Positions 36,654-46,115 of a stretch of 64,000 nt of DNA are shown piece after piece. Source of the stretch: a virus. The translations under genes and the position numbers were made by a program. The notes under the pieces are model-generated. The model saw only the letters and a list, made by a program, of their open reading frames with translations, was not told the DNA's origin and searched no databases. The stretch covers positions 31,289 to 95,288 of the IMG/VR virus record IMGVR_UViG_3300025593_000028; one strand, given 5' to 3'. Position 1 is the first letter of the stretch. Each line of letters opens with the position of its first letter.

Positions 36654-37556
36654 TCATACGCCCCGTCGGTACGGATCGTCGTCCGGGTCTTCGGCGTCCT
36701 CGAACGCCTGGAACACCGCCTGCGCCTTGGCCTCCTCCTCGTCCATGCCCGCATCCTCGTTCTCCCACTTGAGCCGGTAGCGGTTGATCGTGACGAGTGC
36801 TGCCTTCTGCTCTTCCTGCACGACGCGGCTGCTCACGCCGAGCGCCTCGGCCACGTCGTTCCTGAGCATGGACGGCCCTTCGAAGCCGAAGCGCATCTCC
36901 ACGACGCGTCGCTGCCGCTCAGACAGTTGGTCCATCGCGGCACGCAACCACGGGTACGTGTCGATCGCGAGCTGCGCTGGGTCGACCGCGTTCGGGTCCG
37001 CGATCGTCGTGTGCCTCCCGTCGCGTCCGTCCTCGTCGTCGCCGACCGACGCGTCGAGCGACACGCTGGCGCGCGGGCCATCGACCGCCTCGACCGCTTC
37101 GTCGACGTCTATCTCCAGGGCCTCTGCCGCCTCCTCCAGAGTCTCGTCGTGCTCGTCCATGCGCTTCTTGAGCTTCCTGCGCGCTCGCTGGAGCTGCCCG
37201 GGCACCTTGATGAGGTTGCCGTCCGGGCCGGCGACGTAGCGCTGCAGGTGCTGTTTGATCCACCACGTCGCGTAGGTGGAGAATTTGAAGCCCTTCTCCG
37301 GATCGAACTTTTCGAGTGCTTTCATCAGCCCGAGCGTGCCCTCCTGCACCAGGTCCTCCATGCTGTGGCCCATGCGCGCGTACCGCTTCGCGATCGAGAT
37401 CACGAGCTTGACGTTGTGCTCGATCATGAGTCGGTGCGCCTCTCTGTCGCCGGCCTGCGCGGCCCGCGCTAGCTCTTTCTCGCGGTCCCCGCCGAGCACC
37501 TCCCGCGTGCCGATCTCCCTGATGAAGGACCTGAACTCATCCCCGTGCTCGCTCAC
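36654..37556 (-). CDS. RNA polymerase sigma factor, sigma70 family (RpoD/RpoS-like regions 1.2-4)
   Basis: HNVKLVISIAKRY, DLVQEG..GL..A.EKFDPEKGFKFSTYATWWIKQ, SLD, region-4 HTH. Confidence 0.92.
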   Translation of the reverse strand: MSEHGDEFRSFIREIGTREVLGGDREKELARAAQAGDREAHRLMIEHNVKLVISIAKRYARMGHSMEDLVQEGTLGLMKALEKFDPEKGFKFSTYATWWIKQHLQRYVAGPDGNLIKVPGQLQRARRKLKKRMDEHDETLEEAAEALEIDVDEAVEAVDGPRASVSLDASVGDDEDGRDGRHTTIADPNAVDPAQLAIDTYPWLRAAMDQLSERQRRVVEMRFGFEGPSMLRNDVAEALGVSSRVVQEEQKAALVTINRYRLKWENEDAGMDEEEAKAQAVFQAFEDAEDPDDDPYRRGV

Positions 37557-38530
37557 CAATCTCCCTTCGCGTTTGTCAGCAGTACGTCCAAGTCTAGCCC
37601 GCAAGACCGGAGGTCGTCCCCGTCGGGCAGCGCCACCCGCCTCGCGTCTACGCCCGCCTCGCGGAGCCGCGCCGCCCACTTCTTCGACGACTCGCGGCCC
37701 GCGTCGTCCTCGTCCATGCCTAGATATACTACCTCGTACCTAGCGAGCTCTTCGACCCAATCGTCGGCCGGCGCAGCGCCTGCTCCAGATGGCAGTGCCA
37801 GCACGTCGGTCGGCAGGTACAGCGGCCGCGCGTCGGCCCACACGGCGTCGGACTCGCCCTCGCACAGCAGCACAGCGCGAGCACCGCCGACCCTCCAGCA
37901 CCCGTACAGGTGCTTCAGCGGGCCGAACGTCTTCCAAGACCTGTCCCTGTAGCGCACCTTGACAGCAGACAGCGACCCGTCCGGGGCACGGTGCGGGATC
38001 ACCACGTTCGCGGCCTCGTCGAGGCCCCAGCCCCAGTCCAGCAGGTGCTCGTCCCACGCCGTGCGCACGGCTTGATCGTCGTGGTCGCCCACGAACCCAT
38101 ACGCGTAGGACAGCAAGCCGACGTCCGAGTGCCCGCGGGCCCTCTCCCGGCACTCGGCGATCCTCGCGTCCCACGCAGCGTCTGGTACTAGCGCCGCTCT
38201 CCGCTTCGGGGGGTCCAGCTTGAGGTCGTCCGGCAGCTCCTCGGCCAGCGCGCTGAGCTCGAGCAGCGCCTCGTAGAAGGCCACCCCCCGCACCCGTCGC
38301 ACTAGCTCTATGACGTCTACCGCTGCCCCACAGGCTCTACAAAAGGCCCAGGGGAAGCCGTCTTCACCTGGGCCCATCAACTCGAAGTTTGGATTGTTCT
38401 TGTCGTCGTGGAACGGGCAGAGCGCCCGGCCGTCCTGGCCGAACTTGACGCCCACCTCCGCTGCCGCGACCTCCATCGGTACTCGCGACTTGATTTCGTC
38501 CGGCTCGTAGACGTACCGGAGCTCGGTCAC
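37553..38530 (-). CDS. DNA primase (CHC2 zinc finger + TOPRIM)
   Basis: CPFHDD...FCRACG; CEGESDA; MDEDDAG. Confidence 0.88.
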   Translation of the reverse strand: MTELRYVYEPDEIKSRVPMEVAAAEVGVKFGQDGRALCPFHDDKNNPNFELMGPGEDGFPWAFCRACGAAVDVIELVRRVRGVAFYEALLELSALAEELPDDLKLDPPKRRAALVPDAAWDARIAECRERARGHSDVGLLSYAYGFVGDHDDQAVRTAWDEHLLDWGWGLDEAANVVIPHRAPDGSLSAVKVRYRDRSWKTFGPLKHLYGCWRVGGARAVLLCEGESDAVWADARPLYLPTDVLALPSGAGAAPADDWVEELARYEVVYLGMDEDDAGRESSKKWAARLREAGVDARRVALPDGDDLRSCGLDLDVLLTNAKGDW

Positions 38531-40101
38531 TCGGCCCCCCGCTTGCTCCTCACTCGCCAGCGACGCCGGCGCCCGCCGTCCGAGGCCAGCAGCTGGAAGT
38601 CGCCCACCCACCGCCTGTTGTGTTCACGCAGCCACACGCTCAACGCTCGGCCGAAGCGCGCGCCGGACGACACGGAGACGAGGTCCTGCGGGAGGTGGTC
38701 GTGAAGCTCCATGCCGAACTGGCACTTGCTCGATAGCTCTCGCATCTCGAGCGGGTCCAGCCCGAGCTCGAACCAGCCTTCGAGGAACTCCTCTGCTTCC
38801 TTGGTCTCGGGGTCGGCCTCTACCTTCAGCCTGTCCCTGTTCTCGAGGAAGCCCGGCACCCTCGCCGACTCTAGGATCCCGCCCATCACCGCGGCCCACC
38901 GCTCGTACGAGCCCATGGTCTGGCCGCCCTGCTGCGGTCCCTCCCCGGTGCGCGTGATCGCGTACCCGCCCTCGATGCTGATCGGTCCGTCCAACCAGTG
39001 CTGGATCAGGGTGAGCGCCGCCGACACGAGTTCGGACCGGTGCTCGGTCGCCCAGCCCAGGAGGTCCGGGTGGCGGAACTCCTTGCGGTCCCTGTCGGCG
39101 GCCTTCTTCTCGCCCGGTTCTAGGAAGATGGGCACTGCGCGCCGCACCTGCTCGGGCGCGAGGCCGAGGTTGTTGCCGGTCGCCACCCAGACGTTGCGGA
39201 TCGGCAGCCGCACTTCCCGGCTCTCGCCGAGGACGCGGTCCGACCAGACGTCGATCGTCAGCGCCGAGGCGAGCGCTCCAGAGTCGAGCGTGCCCGAGAG
39301 GTTGTCGAGGAGCACGGCCCCAGACCCGGCCAGCAGCGACGAGGTGATGCGCTTGCGCCACTCCTCCTCGTTCGAGGTGCCGGGGGTGGCCGGCACGACG
39401 CCGCACCCCGGCAGCAGCGCCGCCTGGGCGAGCCAGGTCTTGCCCGACCCCACGTCCGGTGCGAGCACCACGTGCAGCGGGGTCGACCCCTTGATGTACT
39501 CGCGCACGAACGGCAGCAGTAGCATCGCCAGAGCGTGCGCCTGGCTCGACACGTCGGCGAAGTCGAAGTCGCCGAGCAGCTCCTCGAGAAGGAAGCTCAG
39601 CGCCCAGTCGAGGTCGTCGGTATCCTTGACCGGCCTCGGCCTAGTCTTGCCGAGGTCGAGCGACGGCCTGTAGTAGAGGCGCGCGTCTGGGTAGCAGCCG
39701 GGAGCCGTGATCAGCGACCCGTCGGAGGCGAGCACCGGCACGTCGACCACCCGGTCGACCCTGGGCGCGCCCTCGTACCGAGCGCTGTCGCGCGCCAGCA
39801 GCACGTTCGCGATGTCGGCCGGCGGGTCTACGGCCCTGGGCTCCCCGTCCACGACGCGCTCGAACTGGGCCACCTCGCTGAGCTCGTCTCTGAGGTTGTC
39901 TTTGATGAACGGCTCGAGCTCCCCGCGCTCGGTCATGCGCACGAGCTCGTTGCCTCGCACCAAGACCCGCGGCTCGACCTCGTCGTTCGCAGACATGAGC
40001 GCACCCCAGGCACCGTCCACCTTTTGGTGGAGCGGATCGCCCAGGTCTACGCGGACCCTGCGGCCTGCGGGCTTCCCAGCGCTCTCCCCCTCTTCCGTCA
40101 C
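38527..40101 (-). CDS. P-loop NTPase, probable replicative helicase partner of the primase
   Basis: APDVGSGKT, LLDN, RVLGES, ATGNN. Confidence 0.7.
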   Translation of the reverse strand: MTEEGESAGKPAGRRVRVDLGDPLHQKVDGAWGALMSANDEVEPRVLVRGNELVRMTERGELEPFIKDNLRDELSEVAQFERVVDGEPRAVDPPADIANVLLARDSARYEGAPRVDRVVDVPVLASDGSLITAPGCYPDARLYYRPSLDLGKTRPRPVKDTDDLDWALSFLLEELLGDFDFADVSSQAHALAMLLLPFVREYIKGSTPLHVVLAPDVGSGKTWLAQAALLPGCGVVPATPGTSNEEEWRKRITSSLLAGSGAVLLDNLSGTLDSGALASALTIDVWSDRVLGESREVRLPIRNVWVATGNNLGLAPEQVRRAVPIFLEPGEKKAADRDRKEFRHPDLLGWATEHRSELVSAALTLIQHWLDGPISIEGGYAITRTGEGPQQGGQTMGSYERWAAVMGGILESARVPGFLENRDRLKVEADPETKEAEEFLEGWFELGLDPLEMRELSSKCQFGMELHDHLPQDLVSVSSGARFGRALSVWLREHNRRWVGDFQLLASDGGRRRRWRVRSKRGAE

Positions 40102-40120
40102 CGGGTACAGGGTATCAGGT

Positions 40121-40405
40121 CTACCTGTGCTGCCTGGGCGTCTTGCTCTGCTTCAGTGGATCCCCGCAGGTGACCATGAGGCCTCCGGTGCTCAGTTCTT
40201 CGATCTTGTTGATCGCACGGCCGACCTTCGGGCATGACTTGCTGATGCCGTGCCCGGGGTTCGGGCCGCTGCACCCTCCGTTGCCGCCGGTGTCGCAGAC
40301 CAGGAACTGATCGCTGTTGACCCTGGTCACGGTGGTCGGGGTCGCGCAGGCCGCGATCCCCACCGCAAGCACCAGGGCCGTCAATGCTACTGCTACCTTC
40401 TTCAT
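40121..40405 (-). CDS. Putative lipoprotein
   Basis: MKK + hydrophobic stretch + IAAC lipobox. Confidence 0.65.
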   Translation of the reverse strand: MKKVAVALTALVLAVGIAACATPTTVTRVNSDQFLVCDTGGNGGCSGPNPGHGISKSCPKVGRAINKIEELSTGGLMVTCGDPLKQSKTPRQHR

Positions 40406-40436
40406 CTCGCGTACTTCTCCTCTCGCGTCGCGGGGC

Positions 40437-40664
40437 TCAGTGCCCCAGGTCCTCGCCGTCCAAGACGGCCTTCTCGATCCGATCATTCAGCTTGTCGCGC
40501 AGCTCTAGCCCTCCAGGCAGCTTCGTCAGTGCGTCCTCTTCTGCCTTGATATCCTTGCGGAGCTTCCGCATCTTCCACCACTGCCACGGGTGTTCCCACC
40601 ACTTTGTCCAGGGACCGGGGGTGGCCCCCCTCACCCTGTATGTCTTGTACTCTGGTGCTTTCAT
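40437..40664 (-). CDS. Hypothetical protein
   Basis: ATGA-coupled ORF. Confidence 0.5.
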   Translation of the reverse strand: MKAPEYKTYRVRGATPGPWTKWWEHPWQWWKMRKLRKDIKAEEDALTKLPGGLELRDKLNDRIEKAVLDGEDLGH

Positions 40665-40864
40665 GCTGCTACGAAACACACCACCGACAGACCCGCGGCC
40701 AAGATGGACAAGAACCACTCCAAGAACGCAAAACCGCTTACCTCGCCTGGGTCGGTGATCCCGTTCCCTTGGAAGTCTTCTGACGCGATGTAGCAGCCCG
40801 CCAAGAATGCTACTACGCTGAGCAGAGCGAACACCACTCCGCCTACTATATAGACTGCTTCCAT
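40661..40864 (-). CDS. Small two-helix membrane protein
   Basis: Two hydrophobic segments; GGAGG SD. Confidence 0.6.
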   Translation of the reverse strand: MEAVYIVGGVVFALLSVVAFLAGCYIASEDFQGNGITDPGEVSGFAFLEWFLSILAAGLSVVCFVAA

Positions 40865-40880
40865 CTCTTACGTCCTCCTT

Positions 40881-42218
40881 CTAGTCGTCTGCTGGTACGC
40901 CGACGGGGGCCATCGCTACGCCGACCGGGCGCAGCTTCTCGAGCACCTCGATCGTGTCGCCCTGCGACTCGAGCACGTCCGCGAGCCGCTTGTACGCGCC
41001 TGGCGCCTCCTCCGCTCCTGAGCCGCGGAGCTCTACCCCTGCCACCTGCGTGACCTGCGCGTGCTCCGCGTTCCAGTCGATCTCGCCCTCCGCCATCTGT
41101 ACCCAGCGCTTGCTGAGCGTGGGGTGGCCACAGCTCGGGCACTTGCCGTCCTCGGGCTTGTGCGTGTGCGGTGGCTGGAACCAGTCGCAGTCTCGGTTGT
41201 TGCACGACCACCGCTTCTTCTGCTTGCCAGCGGCCCGCGACCTGCTCATCGCGCGGCCCGCGCCGTGCACCGTGGAGAACAGAGCGCGCTGCTGCAGCTC
41301 CGTCTCCTCCACAGCAGTACCGACGTCGAACGAACCGCGGCGCGCGCCGCAGAGGATCACGCTCTCCTCTCCCATCGTCGATCCGACGAACCCCTCCTGG
41401 CCCGGGAAGGCGGGGGTGCAGCCCTTGCGCACTACCCAGAAGGTCTCGCCCCGGTGCTCCTCCTCCCACGCGAAGTTGTGGTGGTTGTGGACCTCGTGCT
41501 CCGCCTCGGTCCCGAGGATCTCCAGCACCTCGGATACGACGACGTCGCGGCCCGCGTACGCGTACTCGCCGGCGAGCGACATCGCCGAGAGGTACGACTG
41601 GCCCTCCTCGGAGTCGGTCCTGAACGTGACCGGAGACCCCATGAGGTCCTCCTTGCACTCGCCCTTCGTGCCGAAGGGCTTGCCGCGCGAGACCCACAGG
41701 AACCCGTTCGCGGTCGTGTGCCCGAAGCCACGCGAACCGAAGTGGACGCCGATCCAGAGCTTGCCGTCGTCACCCTCGAAGAGGTCCACGTAGTGGTTGC
41801 CGCCACCTACGCTGCCGAGCTGGTGCGCTGCCTTGTCGAGCAGCGACCGCTGCGGGCTGAAGTCCGCCTCCCTGATCTTGTCGAGCACCGGGTGGTCCGC
41901 GTCGAGGCCGCCTTCACCCGGGCCGAACGGGATCCGATCGTAGATCTCGTCCATGACCCCGGGCACGTCGACGTCCTCGACGAGGAGCGGGGTGCGCACG
42001 GCCTTGTTCCCGCACCCGATGTCGTAGCCGACGCCGGACACGGAGATCCGCTCGCGGTACGCGATGGCCATGCCGACGGGCTGGGCGTACCCGAGGTGGT
42101 TGTCGGCGCACAGCACGCCGATCGACCCCTGCTGGGCGTCGAGACAGTTACGCGCCTGCTCGAGCGTCTTCTCGTCTGCCTCGCCGAAGACGGTCAGGTC
42201 GTAGTAGCGTCCACTCAC
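40881..42218 (-). CDS. rtcB: RtcB RNA ligase with zinc-ribbon insertion
   Basis: DNHLGY, VGYDIGCG, GGGNHY, HFGSRG, HNHHN, HGAGR, EEAPGAYK. Confidence 0.92.
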   Translation of the reverse strand: MSGRYYDLTVFGEADEKTLEQARNCLDAQQGSIGVLCADNHLGYAQPVGMAIAYRERISVSGVGYDIGCGNKAVRTPLLVEDVDVPGVMDEIYDRIPFGPGEGGLDADHPVLDKIREADFSPQRSLLDKAAHQLGSVGGGNHYVDLFEGDDGKLWIGVHFGSRGFGHTTANGFLWVSRGKPFGTKGECKEDLMGSPVTFRTDSEEGQSYLSAMSLAGEYAYAGRDVVVSEVLEILGTEAEHEVHNHHNFAWEEEHRGETFWVVRKGCTPAFPGQEGFVGSTMGEESVILCGARRGSFDVGTAVEETELQQRALFSTVHGAGRAMSRSRAAGKQKKRWSCNNRDCDWFQPPHTHKPEDGKCPSCGHPTLSKRWVQMAEGEIDWNAEHAQVTQVAGVELRGSGAEEAPGAYKRLADVLESQGDTIEVLEKLRPVGVAMAPVGVPADD

Positions 42219-42730
42219 GCTGCGTCCCCCATGCGCTCATGGTACTCGTCGGCGGGCACGAGATCGTGGATCCCCACGGTGCCGGCCGCGTCGACGTACT
42301 TGAGCAGCTCGGACTTGAAGAGCCAGGCGGCCCTCTCGACGTTCACCGTACCGAGCAAGAACTCGGCGCCCTTCTCGGTGAGCTTCCACCAGCCGGCCTT
42401 CGCTCCCGACTGCTTGACGAGCCCGAAGTGCCGAAGCTGAGACAGGCAGTTCTGCGAGTACGACTCGGCTGTCCCGCCGAGCACCGTCGGAACGTGGATG
42501 CCCTGGTCCACGACCTCGCCGCCGTACCGATCGGCCTGCTCGCGCGCTGCCTGCGCGAAGCGCAGGAGCTCGGACGCGTGCACGTGCTCAAGCCTGAGCT
42601 CGTAGCCGACGGCGCGGCCGCAGCACGGGCACTCTGCTGCTTCGCCGGCGCTCGCCTGATCGCGCAGCCAGTCGCGCGCGCGCTGCAGTGGCGCGGTCAG
42701 GTCCTTGAACTTCACCCTCGTCATCTCCAT
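42215..42730 (-). CDS. CPCC + winged-helix-like protein
   Basis: CPCCG; LRHFGLV...GWWKLTEKG. Confidence 0.6.
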   Translation of the reverse strand: MEMTRVKFKDLTAPLQRARDWLRDQASAGEAAECPCCGRAVGYELRLEHVHASELLRFAQAAREQADRYGGEVVDQGIHVPTVLGGTAESYSQNCLSQLRHFGLVKQSGAKAGWWKLTEKGAEFLLGTVNVERAAWLFKSELLKYVDAAGTVGIHDLVPADEYHERMGDAA

Positions 42731-42749
42731 GTCCTGCGTCCTCCTGTGT

Positions 42750-43211
42750 CTAGTCGAGGACTACGTCGTAGTCCACGCCGTGTTGATCGAAACTCCTCTG
42801 CAGCCTCCCGTAGTCCTCCGCGCCCATGCACGCGTAGACCAGCTCTAGGTAGATCCTCGCCATCCACGGGTCGTGGCTCTGCGAGCCGAACCGCGCGTCT
42901 GCCAGCACGTGCGCTACCTCGTGACACAGGATCAGCGGCCTCATGTGGTCGCTCATCATGTCGCAGACCCCGGCGCCCTTCACGGCGTCGAAGCCGCCCA
43001 CGCTACCCCCCTGGCCGTCTGGATGCTCGAAGACCTCCACGCGCAGCACGTGCCTGAAATCTCCCTCCCACCTCCGATAGCGGTCGCGCATGCGGTCCAC
43101 GAAGTCCTGCGCCTCGGCTAGGAGCATCTTGTGCCCCCAAGCCGGAGCGCCATCGCCGGGGAACTCGATCCGGCGCTCGGCCTCGTAGAGGCTATCCTGC
43201 TGGCACGGCAT
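42750..43211 (-). CDS. TIGR04338/Rv0185-like HExxH metallohydrolase
   Basis: QQDSLYEAE N-terminus; LCHEVAH...SHDP.MARIYLELV. Confidence 0.7.
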   Translation of the reverse strand: MPCQQDSLYEAERRIEFPGDGAPAWGHKMLLAEAQDFVDRMRDRYRRWEGDFRHVLRVEVFEHPDGQGGSVGGFDAVKGAGVCDMMSDHMRPLILCHEVAHVLADARFGSQSHDPWMARIYLELVYACMGAEDYGRLQRSFDQHGVDYDVVLD

Positions 43212-43887
43212 TTTCTAGGTCCTTCCCCTTGAGCTTGCACACGAGCCGGCCCCCGTTCCTGCTCAGCAGGCCGAGCGGGGCCTGCGCTACTAGGCCCTCT
43301 GGCTCGACGTCGCCGCCCCAGCGAGACTCGAAGCCGAGTTCCACGAGCTTGTGCATCCCGTCTAGCGTGCCGTAGTCGACGGTCGGCACGGACTCGATGC
43401 CGAGCGACTCGGCGATGCCGTGGACGTCGGCGGGCTTGAGCCACCAGCGGCCGATGCGGACGTCGAACAGCACGAAGTCCGCGCCGTCTGCTTTGTAGTT
43501 TCCCCCGCCCTTCTGGATCTTCGCTCCGTAGCCCTCGCCGTAGAGGGTGACCAGCGCTCGGCCGTCCTCGTCGTCGCCGGCATCGGGGAACACCTGCTCG
43601 AAGAGCTGCTCGCCGGGGTCGCCGCCGAAGAGCTCCTGCAGCCGCTCGACGAGGTGCATGGGCATCTGGGCGCGGTCGGTCTTGCCGCCGAAGCGCACCT
43701 TCTGCCCGTCCCACCCCACGCGCACGTTCGTGCCGTCGACCTTCTCGGTGAACCGCCAGGGCAGGTCGGCCAGCATCTCGAGCTCCGGGCTCGAGAAGGA
43801 CCCGACCAGCAGCCTGTGCGGCTTGTCCGACTCGCGCTTCCACAGCGTCGGGATCTTGTGGTACTTGCCGTGCATGCCCTCGCTCAC
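43192..43887 (-). CDS. ATP-dependent RNA ligase (Rnl2-like)
   Basis: EKVDGTN, YGEGYG, FVLFD, EGLV, KLK nucleotidyltransferase motifs. Confidence 0.85.
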   Translation of the reverse strand: MSEGMHGKYHKIPTLWKRESDKPHRLLVGSFSSPELEMLADLPWRFTEKVDGTNVRVGWDGQKVRFGGKTDRAQMPMHLVERLQELFGGDPGEQLFEQVFPDAGDDEDGRALVTLYGEGYGAKIQKGGGNYKADGADFVLFDVRIGRWWLKPADVHGIAESLGIESVPTVDYGTLDGMHKLVELGFESRWGGDVEPEGLVAQAPLGLLSRNGGRLVCKLKGKDLENAVPAG

Positions 43888-44211
43888 GTCAGCCCCTCCT
43901 CGTTGGCGTCGTAGCACCTGATCATCTCGCCGTCGTGCCGTACCAAGATCGACTTCCCGCCCTCGCCTTCGTACGCGGTCACGATCGCCTGGCCGAGCCC
44001 GGACACGATCAGTTCTCGCAGCTCTGTCTGCAGTTCTTCTACGGTCACTCGAACGCCTTCGCTCCCTTGCCGCGGCAGCTGCGCCGCGGGTTGTTCGGGT
44101 CCGCGTTCCTCTTGCGGCCCCTCGTGTGCGTCACCTGCCTGCCGTCCCTAGCGCAGTACGAGCACGGGCCGCGGCTCCCCCGCCGCTTTTTCGACGCCCT
44201 CGGGCCGGGCA

Positions 44212-45009
44212 TCAGCCCGCCCCCAGCGCGGGCGCACTCCCGCCCGACACTCGGTCGCCGCCAAGCGAGATGTCCGCGGACGCGCCCGCGGCCTCTCCCG
44301 CTCCGCGCCCGTCTGTGTAGCTGCTCTTGTAGTTGGTCCTCACGGTCCTCAGCTCTCCTCCCCACTTCTCGTCGTACCAGTCCTGCACGTTGTCGGCCCT
44401 GCTCCTGACGATCATCGCGACCGACTCGGACGCCTCGCTGACCGTGGCGCCCGACCTCTCGGCCTCGACCTCAGCAGCGTCGCGCTGGCCGGCCTCGGCT
44501 GCCTGAGACAGCCTCGTGCGCAGCCCATCCACGAAGCCGAAGCCGAAGTCGCGCCGAGCGAGCCGCTTCTGGGTGCGGGACATCGTCGACAGCGTCGGGT
44601 GCTCGGCCACCCACTTCGTCCTCGCGACCTCGAGCTGCAGCTGCACGCTGGTGTGCAGCAGCCTGATCCTGGCAACGTCCGACTCGTAGCCGATCGTGAC
44701 CACGTCGATCCTGCGCGGGCTCGAGTCGGTGAAGTTCCTGTAGAACCACTGGCAAGCATTCGCGTCTACGATCGCCCCGGCCAGGGATTTGAGCACGTGT
44801 CGGTGCACGCCCGCGCACTCGATCGTCTCTTCCACGATCTCCTCTGCCGGCTTGTCCTCACGCTCACGAAGCATCGCCTCGGTGATCGCGTACTGCGTCA
44901 TGAGCTCCTGCGCCTTCTCGGTGAAGGCCTCGGCCTCGTGCGGGTTATCGGTGTCCTCTGCCTTTCGGAGGAGCTTCGCGATCTTGTCTGCCCAGTCGAC
45001 CTCGCTCAC
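44212..45009 (-). CDS. DUF2786-domain protein (Rv0184-like)
   Basis: KIAKLLRKAEDTDNPHEAEAFTEKAQELMTQYAI; F..GF..GL..RL; G..AG..ADI. Confidence 0.8.
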   Translation of the reverse strand: MSEVDWADKIAKLLRKAEDTDNPHEAEAFTEKAQELMTQYAITEAMLREREDKPAEEIVEETIECAGVHRHVLKSLAGAIVDANACQWFYRNFTDSSPRRIDVVTIGYESDVARIRLLHTSVQLQLEVARTKWVAEHPTLSTMSRTQKRLARRDFGFGFVDGLRTRLSQAAEAGQRDAAEVEAERSGATVSEASESVAMIVRSRADNVQDWYDEKWGGELRTVRTNYKSSYTDGRGAGEAAGASADISLGGDRVSGGSAPALGAG

Positions 45010-45201
45010 GGCTTCACCAACACCTCTGCTCCGGCCGGCCACCAGCTGACCCCGTCACGATCGTCTCGGCTGAACGGCACGAGGCCGTCCCGCTTGCCTG
45101 GCTCGACCACCCCGACGATGACTCCGAAGAAGTCAGAAGACACGAAAGGGCTTCCCGGGCGCAGGTCCCCGAGCTTCCTGCGCGCGTGTCTTGCGGCCAC
45201 C

Positions 45202-45501
45202 TCACGAGACCGTCTCTATCGCCCTGTCGAACATCTCCAGCACCCTGGGGTGGGCCACCTCTGGCGGGCCTGAGTCGTTCAGCTTGACCGGCCCCGAGAA
45301 GCCCATCTTGTCGGCTGCGTCCAGCATGGCCGCCCACGCGTCGGGGTGAGTGCCGACGCATACGGCCGCGGTCACGTACGCCTGCGAAGCGCACATCGAA
45401 TCGCCCGGGCCTACAGCTCGGTTCTGGCACCACTTGTGCGGGTCCTTGATCATCTCCCTCGCGTGCTCGAGGGCCTTCTTCGCTGCCTCGTTCGCGGCCA
45501 T
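45202..45501 (-). CDS. DUF6197-like protein
   Basis: KWCQ...MCASQA...LND...VLEMFDRAI. Confidence 0.55.
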   Translation of the reverse strand: MAANEAAKKALEHAREMIKDPHKWCQNRAVGPGDSMCASQAYVTAAVCVGTHPDAWAAMLDAADKMGFSGPVKLNDSGPPEVAHPRVLEMFDRAIETVS

Positions 45502-45503
45502 GG

Positions 45504-45725
45504 TCAGAGCACCTCGATGCCGCGCGTTTTCGCCTCTGCCCGCACCTCGTCGAGGACTCGCTGCATCTCTCCGAGCACGGCGTCGACGTAGAAGCTGCCC
45601 TGCGCGGTGCTCGGCTTACCGTTCGGTACGCGCACCGAGCTCTTCGTCACCGTCACCTGGAAGACGTCGGCTCCGTACTCCACAGTCCACGTCTTCGTCC
45701 CCCCGTCGTCCTCCCGCTTGATCAC
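45504..45725 (-). CDS. Hypothetical protein
   Basis: GAGGAG SD; 73 aa. Confidence 0.55.
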   Translation of the reverse strand: MIKREDDGGTKTWTVEYGADVFQVTVTKSSVRVPNGKPSTAQGSFYVDAVLGEMQRVLDEVRAEAKTRGIEVL

Positions 45726-45755
45726 AGCTCTCCTCCTCTGTCGTCTCGTACCTGC

Positions 45756-45874
45756 ATGCGCTGCGGCCGGCCGCCCTGCAGGGGGGCGCGCTGCTCCGAG
45801 CGACGAATGGGGCCAGCATGGAAAGGCCCCCTCGGGCGCTGCTGCCCCCCTGCACGGCGGTCGACCGCGCGCAT
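45756..45874. ncRNA. Candidate rod-shaped structured RNA
   Basis: Long imperfect inverted repeat (ATGCGC..GCGCAT; CCGCC/GGCGG; TGCAGGGGGG/CCCCCCTGCA) with inner CCGAG/CTCGG and GGGGCC/GGCCCC stems; intergenic. Confidence 0.45.
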
Positions 45875-46115
45875 CACAGGTCCTCGTGTGGTATCTGGTA
45901 CGGCAGATCTTCTTCTCGCTCGCGCACCTCGTTCTCGAGGTCGTAGCTCACGTCCACCCAGAACCTGCCGTGCTCTGGGCACTCGGCTACCAGCGCTCCC
46001 CCGTACACGTCTAGCTCGCAGATCGGGAAGGGGTCGCGGTGACAGTCGTACGGGCACTCCAGCCCGCCGTCCACCTCGACGACCCGCTCCTCGATGGCCT
46101 CGAGCGCTTCCCTCC

